A DNA stretch of 61,605 bases, filler included. It is 5 parts of 5 records of this genome, joined end to end, with 100 filler letters (N's around TTAATTAATTAA, not from the genome) between each part and the next. Parts side by side here need not be neighbours in the genome. Positions count along the whole stretch, not along the records: positions 43,918 to 61,605 come from DRR723986_19036; 4 more parts are not named here. The stretch is one strand, 5' to 3'. The translations under genes and the position numbers were made by a program. Positions within the stretch are counted from its first letter, which is position 1, and each line of letters begins with the position of its first letter. The notes under the pieces are model-generated. The model saw nothing but the letters and a program-made list of their open reading frames with translations, ran no database searches and was not told the origin of the DNA. Below, piece after piece: positions 57,219 through 61,605 of this stretch.

Positions 57219-57346
57219 ATAACCTTTGAGGTGTCATTTCGAGCGAGGGACGAGTGAGAAATCTCCTCGAAGGTTTAATACCTTTAAGACACCGTACACT
57301 ATTTTATTAACAAAACCTTCAAGGTTCTAAAAACCTCAAAGGTTAT
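57219..57346. repeat. REP-doublet-like element with perfect 14-bp terminal inverted repeats
   Basis: ATAACCTTTGAGGT (57219-57232) / ACCTCAAAGGTTAT (57333-57346); each end also forms its own hairpin. Confidence 0.75.
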
Positions 57347-58106
57347 ACTTCACCGCTTCTCGGTATACTTCAGCTAATTTAATGCTTTCTCGCACTACTT
57401 CTCCGATGATAATAATCGCAGGAGCTTCTACTTTGTTTTCAAAAGCTTTTTCCTCTATATCATGAATAAAACCAGCAGTGATTTTTTCATCTATGGTTGT
57501 GCCGCTTTGGATGATTGCTATTGGCAAATCTCGTTGGCCAAACTTCCGATAAACCGATACGATGTCAGCCAATTTCTTGGTTCCCATCAGCACCACAACA
57601 GTTGCTGTAGATTGCGCTGCGAGTGCCAAATCTTTGGAAAGTTCTCCCGCTGAAGTTGTGCCAGTTACTACCCAGAAGCTTTCTGAAACTCCTCGTTTGG
57701 TCACTGGAATTCCCGCCGAAGCTGGAACAGCAATAGCCGAGGTAATCCCGGGAATCATTTCAGTTGGGACGCCAAATGCTTCTATGTATTCAATTTCTTC
57801 TGATCCGCGTCCGAAAACAAATGGATCTCCACCTTTCAGACGAACTACATGTCCATGCTTTTTGGCTAAACTGACACATAGTTGATTGGTATCTTGTTGT
57901 GGGAAAGAATGTTTCCCAACTCTTTTTCCCACAAATACCTTTAATGCGGAATCAGGCGCATGATCAAGCAATACTGGATCTATCAATGCATCATATAACA
58001 CCACATCAGCCTTATTCAGTGCCAAAACAGCCTTTAGGGTAATCAATTCAGGATCTCCAGGACCTGCGCCAACAAGCGTTACTTTCGGTTGAATTACGGT
58101 GTTCAT
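57336..58106 (-). CDS. cobA: Uroporphyrinogen-III C-methyltransferase
   Basis: VGAGPGDPELITLKA, RLKGGDPFVFGRG.EE and PGITSA motifs. Confidence 0.95.
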   Translation of the reverse strand: MNTVIQPKVTLVGAGPGDPELITLKAVLALNKADVVLYDALIDPVLLDHAPDSALKVFVGKRVGKHSFPQQDTNQLCVSLAKKHGHVVRLKGGDPFVFGRGSEEIEYIEAFGVPTEMIPGITSAIAVPASAGIPVTKRGVSESFWVVTGTTSAGELSKDLALAAQSTATVVVLMGTKKLADIVSVYRKFGQRDLPIAIIQSGTTIDEKITAGFIHDIEEKAFENKVEAPAIIIIGEVVRESIKLAEVYREAVKYNL

Positions 58107-60202
58107 GCAGTCACCTCTTCCTCACGGTAGCTTTTCAGCAGTCCGTAAATTTCCAATGCCTGAGCAGCATAAGCATTTGCAAACTCTTCAGTTGGCTCAT
58201 TCTGATTGATCTGATAGATTATCTCTGCAAAAGTTCCTCCCAAATCTATTTTACCAGATTCTACAAACACCTCATCAAATTGTTTGATGATATTCGCATA
58301 AGAATTAGTGCTTACACTTTCGCTGAGCAAGATCGCCTTTGCAGCATTGATCAAGCCTGCGTAATGGTGGTAAATACTATCTGACCAGCGACCTTCTTCC
58401 AAGCATTTTTGAGCGATATCAATTTTCTCCTTCGCCTCCAAAAGCAGAGTAGCAACCAAGTCAAGTACCACTCCGGCACATTCACCCACACCAACTGCGA
58501 TCTTATATTCCTCCGTATTTCCCCAGTCCACATAATCGGCTGGAGTTACCGTAGAAGCATCACCAAGTTCTTTTAATAATTCGTAGAAATAAATCTGACC
58601 TTTCTCGTCATAATAACTCAAGAAATCCAGACCATTTGCATTGGCTTCGAAATCATCCAGTAAGATTCTCAATGCCTGAGGACCTCTTTTACTTGGAATT
58701 TTTGTCACTTTATCTGCAAAACGACCGTTTCCATCACCCATATTTCCACCTCCAAGCAGTACCTGAAGCGCAGGGATTACAACTTTTCCGGATTTCATGG
58801 ACATACCCTGAAAACCAATATGAGCCATATTGTGCTGTCCGCAGGCATTCATACAGCCTGAAATCTTGATCACTAAATCCTGATTTTTCAGGTATTGAGG
58901 ATATTCAGCTAAAATCACTTTTTCCAATTCTGCTGCAACCCCAGTTGAGCTAGCAATACCAAGATTACAAGTATCTGTACCTGGGCAAGCGGTAATATCA
59001 CCCAAAGAATTATAGCCAGCAGAAGCCAAACCGATTTCCTTCAGTTCTTTGTAGAAATATGGAATCAAATCCTCACGAACATCACGGATCAGGAAGTTTT
59101 GACGAAGAGTAAATCGTACCTCAGCACTTGCGTATTTCTCTACCAAATCAGCCAGTTTTCTTGCTTGATCTGTATAGAAATCCCCTAAAGGAACTCTAAC
59201 ACCAACAGAGACGAAGCCTTTTTGCTTTTGAGGCAAAATATTCGTGAGCTTGAAATGCTCAAAGTCCAACCCAAGCTCCTCTTCTACAGTTGCAGAAGGG
59301 GCATCAGGAAGAATTTGGGCAGCATCATATGCTTCAAAAGCTATAGGATATGACTTAAAGGGAAGTGCTTTTTTCTCATTTTCAACCAGTCCCAAAAATG
59401 CTTCCAACCCAATATCCTTGATCAGGAATTTCATTCTGGCTTTCATTCTTTTTGCCCGCTCACCATGGCGATCAAAGATTCTGATCACAGCTTCTGCAAA
59501 CGGAATAATCTGATCTGCTTCCACAAACTCAGAGAATACATCCGCATGACGAGGCTGAGATCCAAGACCTCCACCGAGCATCACTTTGAACCCTCGAACT
59601 TCTTTGCCGTCAATCTCTTTCACTTTTGGGATAAAGCCCAAATCGTGCAGGTAACTCAATCCAGTATCTTCATCAGAAGAGGAAAAAGAAATTTTGAATT
59701 TCCTTCCCATTTCCTGAGAAATCGGGTTTCTTAAAAAGTATTTGAAAGTCGCATCAGCATAAGGCGTTACATCAAATGGCTCATTTGGATCGATTCCGGC
59801 TGTTTCCGAAGCAGTGACATTCCTTACCGTATTTCCACATGCCTCACGGATGGTCACATCATCCCGCTCCAATTCAGCCCAAAGCTCAGGCGTACGATCC
59901 AAGCTCACGTAGTGAATTTGAATGTCTTGTCGAGTGGTGATGTGTAAACGTCCAGTAGAATATTCATCGGATACTTTGCAGATTCTGCGTAACTGATCGG
60001 AAGAAACACGACCATAAGGCAGTTTGATCCGGATCATCTGCACACCTGGCTGTCGCTGGCCGTAGATGCCTCGCGCCAGACGAAGGCTACGGAATTTTTC
60101 CTCGTCTATATTACCACCATTGAAAAGTGCAATTTTCTTTTCTAAATCGATGATATCTTGTTCTACTATATTGTTTTCAAGTTCTGTTCTGAAACTCTGC
60201 AT
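58103..60202 (-). CDS. Sirohaem/4Fe-4S sulfite (or nitrite) reductase haemoprotein with a C-terminal HEPN-like domain
   Basis: HITTRQ, RKFK, ACPGTDTC...SGCMNAC; helical C-terminal extension of about 130 aa; lies between cysN and cobA. Confidence 0.88.
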   Translation of the reverse strand: MQSFRTELENNIVEQDIIDLEKKIALFNGGNIDEEKFRSLRLARGIYGQRQPGVQMIRIKLPYGRVSSDQLRRICKVSDEYSTGRLHITTRQDIQIHYVSLDRTPELWAELERDDVTIREACGNTVRNVTASETAGIDPNEPFDVTPYADATFKYFLRNPISQEMGRKFKISFSSSDEDTGLSYLHDLGFIPKVKEIDGKEVRGFKVMLGGGLGSQPRHADVFSEFVEADQIIPFAEAVIRIFDRHGERAKRMKARMKFLIKDIGLEAFLGLVENEKKALPFKSYPIAFEAYDAAQILPDAPSATVEEELGLDFEHFKLTNILPQKQKGFVSVGVRVPLGDFYTDQARKLADLVEKYASAEVRFTLRQNFLIRDVREDLIPYFYKELKEIGLASAGYNSLGDITACPGTDTCNLGIASSTGVAAELEKVILAEYPQYLKNQDLVIKISGCMNACGQHNMAHIGFQGMSMKSGKVVIPALQVLLGGGNMGDGNGRFADKVTKIPSKRGPQALRILLDDFEANANGLDFLSYYDEKGQIYFYELLKELGDASTVTPADYVDWGNTEEYKIAVGVGECAGVVLDLVATLLLEAKEKIDIAQKCLEEGRWSDSIYHHYAGLINAAKAILLSESVSTNSYANIIKQFDEVFVESGKIDLGGTFAEIIYQINQNEPTEEFANAYAAQALEIYGLLKSYREEEVTA

Positions 60203-60297
60203 GGCTTAATAGGTTTTTGAGGTTTGGAGTTGAAAAGTGGTAAGGTTAGAAAGTTGATCAGCTTAATAGCCTACTATCCAAATTTTCATTTTTCAGT

Positions 60298-61554
60298 CTA
60301 TTCAATGAATCCAACCGAAACAGTATCGTATTCTGCTTCATCAATCAGAATAAAGCTTCCATTTGATTTATTTGACTTATAGGTATCAAAATGGATCGGC
60401 TTATTTAAGCGGAAATGAACCCGCCCGATGTCATTCAACTTAAGCGAATGCGCATCTTCTCCCCCAGAAAAATCCGTGTGAATTCTGGATTCTATCTGAT
60501 CGACTTTCGCCATCACACGATTCACTCCGTGTTGCAAAATGTATTTTTTACCTACTGTTAGGGCCTTACTATTTACTTGGCAAATCGTAGCTGTAATTTG
60601 CTTTTCGCTACGTGGAACTGCTGAGCTTTTCACCAACATATCTCCTCGGCTCAAATCAACTTCATCTTCCAATGTTACTGCAATAGAGCTACCTGGAGCT
60701 GCTTCTTGGATTTCCTGATCGAAGTAGTGAATACTTTTGATTTTGGAAGTATTCAATGAAGGCAAAAGCGTTACTTCATCACCTACTTTCAGATTTCCTC
60801 CGTAAAGCATTCCTGAGAAACCTCTGAAGTCATGCCAAGCCTCAGTTTTTGGACGGATCACATACTGAACAGGAAATCTAGCTACGGTACTTTCTTCGAG
60901 ATCTTTGGTCTCCAACACTTCCAAATGATCTAATAAAGTGTTTCCCACATACCATGGCATTTCTGAAGATTTCCTGGCAATATTCTCTCCTTTCAAAGCA
61001 GATACAGGGATGAAGTTAATTTGATCTTCACTGAAATCTGACTTTGCTACCAACACATCAAAATCCGCCTTGATCTTCAAAAACACTTCCTCATCATAAT
61101 CCACCAGATCCATTTTATTAACCGCTACCACCACATGGCTGATGCGTAATAAATTGGCTATGAAAAAGTGGCGATAAGTCTGCTCAATCACACCTTTTCT
61201 TGCATCGATCAAGATGATCGCTACCTGAGAAGTGGAAGCTCCCGTCACCATGTTTCTGGTGTATTCCACGTGGCCTGGAGTATCTGCTACGATAAAGTTG
61301 GTCTTAGCTGTATTGAAATAAATATGAGCTACATCAATCGTAATGCCCTGCTCCCGCTCAGCGACCAATCCGTCGGTAGCCAAAGAGAAATCAAGGTAAT
61401 CGTATCCTCGCTGCTTGGAGCTGCGCTCGATAGCTTCGATTTTATCGGTTGTCAGAGATTTGGTATCGTATAGTAATCTACCGATCAGCGTGCTCTTGCC
61501 ATCATCGACAGAACCAGCAGTAGCGATTTTTATAAGTTTTCTATTTTCAGACAT
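60298..61554 (-). CDS. cysN: Sulfate adenylyltransferase subunit 1
   Basis: GSVDDGKSTLIGRLL, AEREQGITIDVA, DTPGH and NKMD motifs. Confidence 0.95.
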   Translation of the reverse strand: MSENRKLIKIATAGSVDDGKSTLIGRLLYDTKSLTTDKIEAIERSSKQRGYDYLDFSLATDGLVAEREQGITIDVAHIYFNTAKTNFIVADTPGHVEYTRNMVTGASTSQVAIILIDARKGVIEQTYRHFFIANLLRISHVVVAVNKMDLVDYDEEVFLKIKADFDVLVAKSDFSEDQINFIPVSALKGENIARKSSEMPWYVGNTLLDHLEVLETKDLEESTVARFPVQYVIRPKTEAWHDFRGFSGMLYGGNLKVGDEVTLLPSLNTSKIKSIHYFDQEIQEAAPGSSIAVTLEDEVDLSRGDMLVKSSAVPRSEKQITATICQVNSKALTVGKKYILQHGVNRVMAKVDQIESRIHTDFSGGEDAHSLKLNDIGRVHFRLNKPIHFDTYKSNKSNGSFILIDEAEYDTVSVGFIE

Positions 61555-61605
61555 GTTGTTCAGTTTTTTATTTTGCTGTTGTCCTGCTTCTCCAGAAGCT
61601 GGACT

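Overview
The window is not one locus. It holds five unrelated contigs joined by four identical 100-nt artificial linkers (44 N + TTAATTAATTAA + 44 N). Taxonomic labels below are inferred from gene content and composition. (1) 1-10017, Rhodobacteraceae-like: COG0523 GTPase plus amidohydrolase, a divergent LysR, a peptide/nickel-type ABC transporter and an Lrp regulator. (2) 10118-15311, high-GC Rhodobacteraceae-like: pyrG 3' end, two tandem outer-membrane beta-barrel genes, PhzF-, TerB- and PhnD-like genes, and an ABC ATPase start. (3) 15412-33260, AT-rich Bacteroidota: GH18-CUB-PKD-T9SS protein, HAD phosphatase, S8 protease, LETM1-like protein, MarR, TPR-SpoIIE, hflX and paired amidohydrolases. 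(4) 33361-43817, mid-GC FCB-group-like: UDG, tRNA-Arg(ACG), rpsT, FadL-like protein, low-complexity lipoprotein, stand-alone nuoF and nadD. (5) 43918-61605, Cyclobacteriaceae/Algoriphagus-like: atpD, a haem-uptake cluster, GxxExxY, ddl, metK and sirohaem/sulfate assimilation genes. Two candidates for an undescribed system stand out. (a) A GxxExxY PD-(D/E)XK nuclease gene is bracketed by two near-identical copies of a bipartite CGCAGAT-based inverted-repeat element, a REPIN/RAYT-like layout with a non-HUH enzyme. (b) Three exactly spaced TTTGAACC-N15-GCGAC ECF-sigma-like promoters precede a candidate anti-SD small RNA and each of two tandem porin-like genes.
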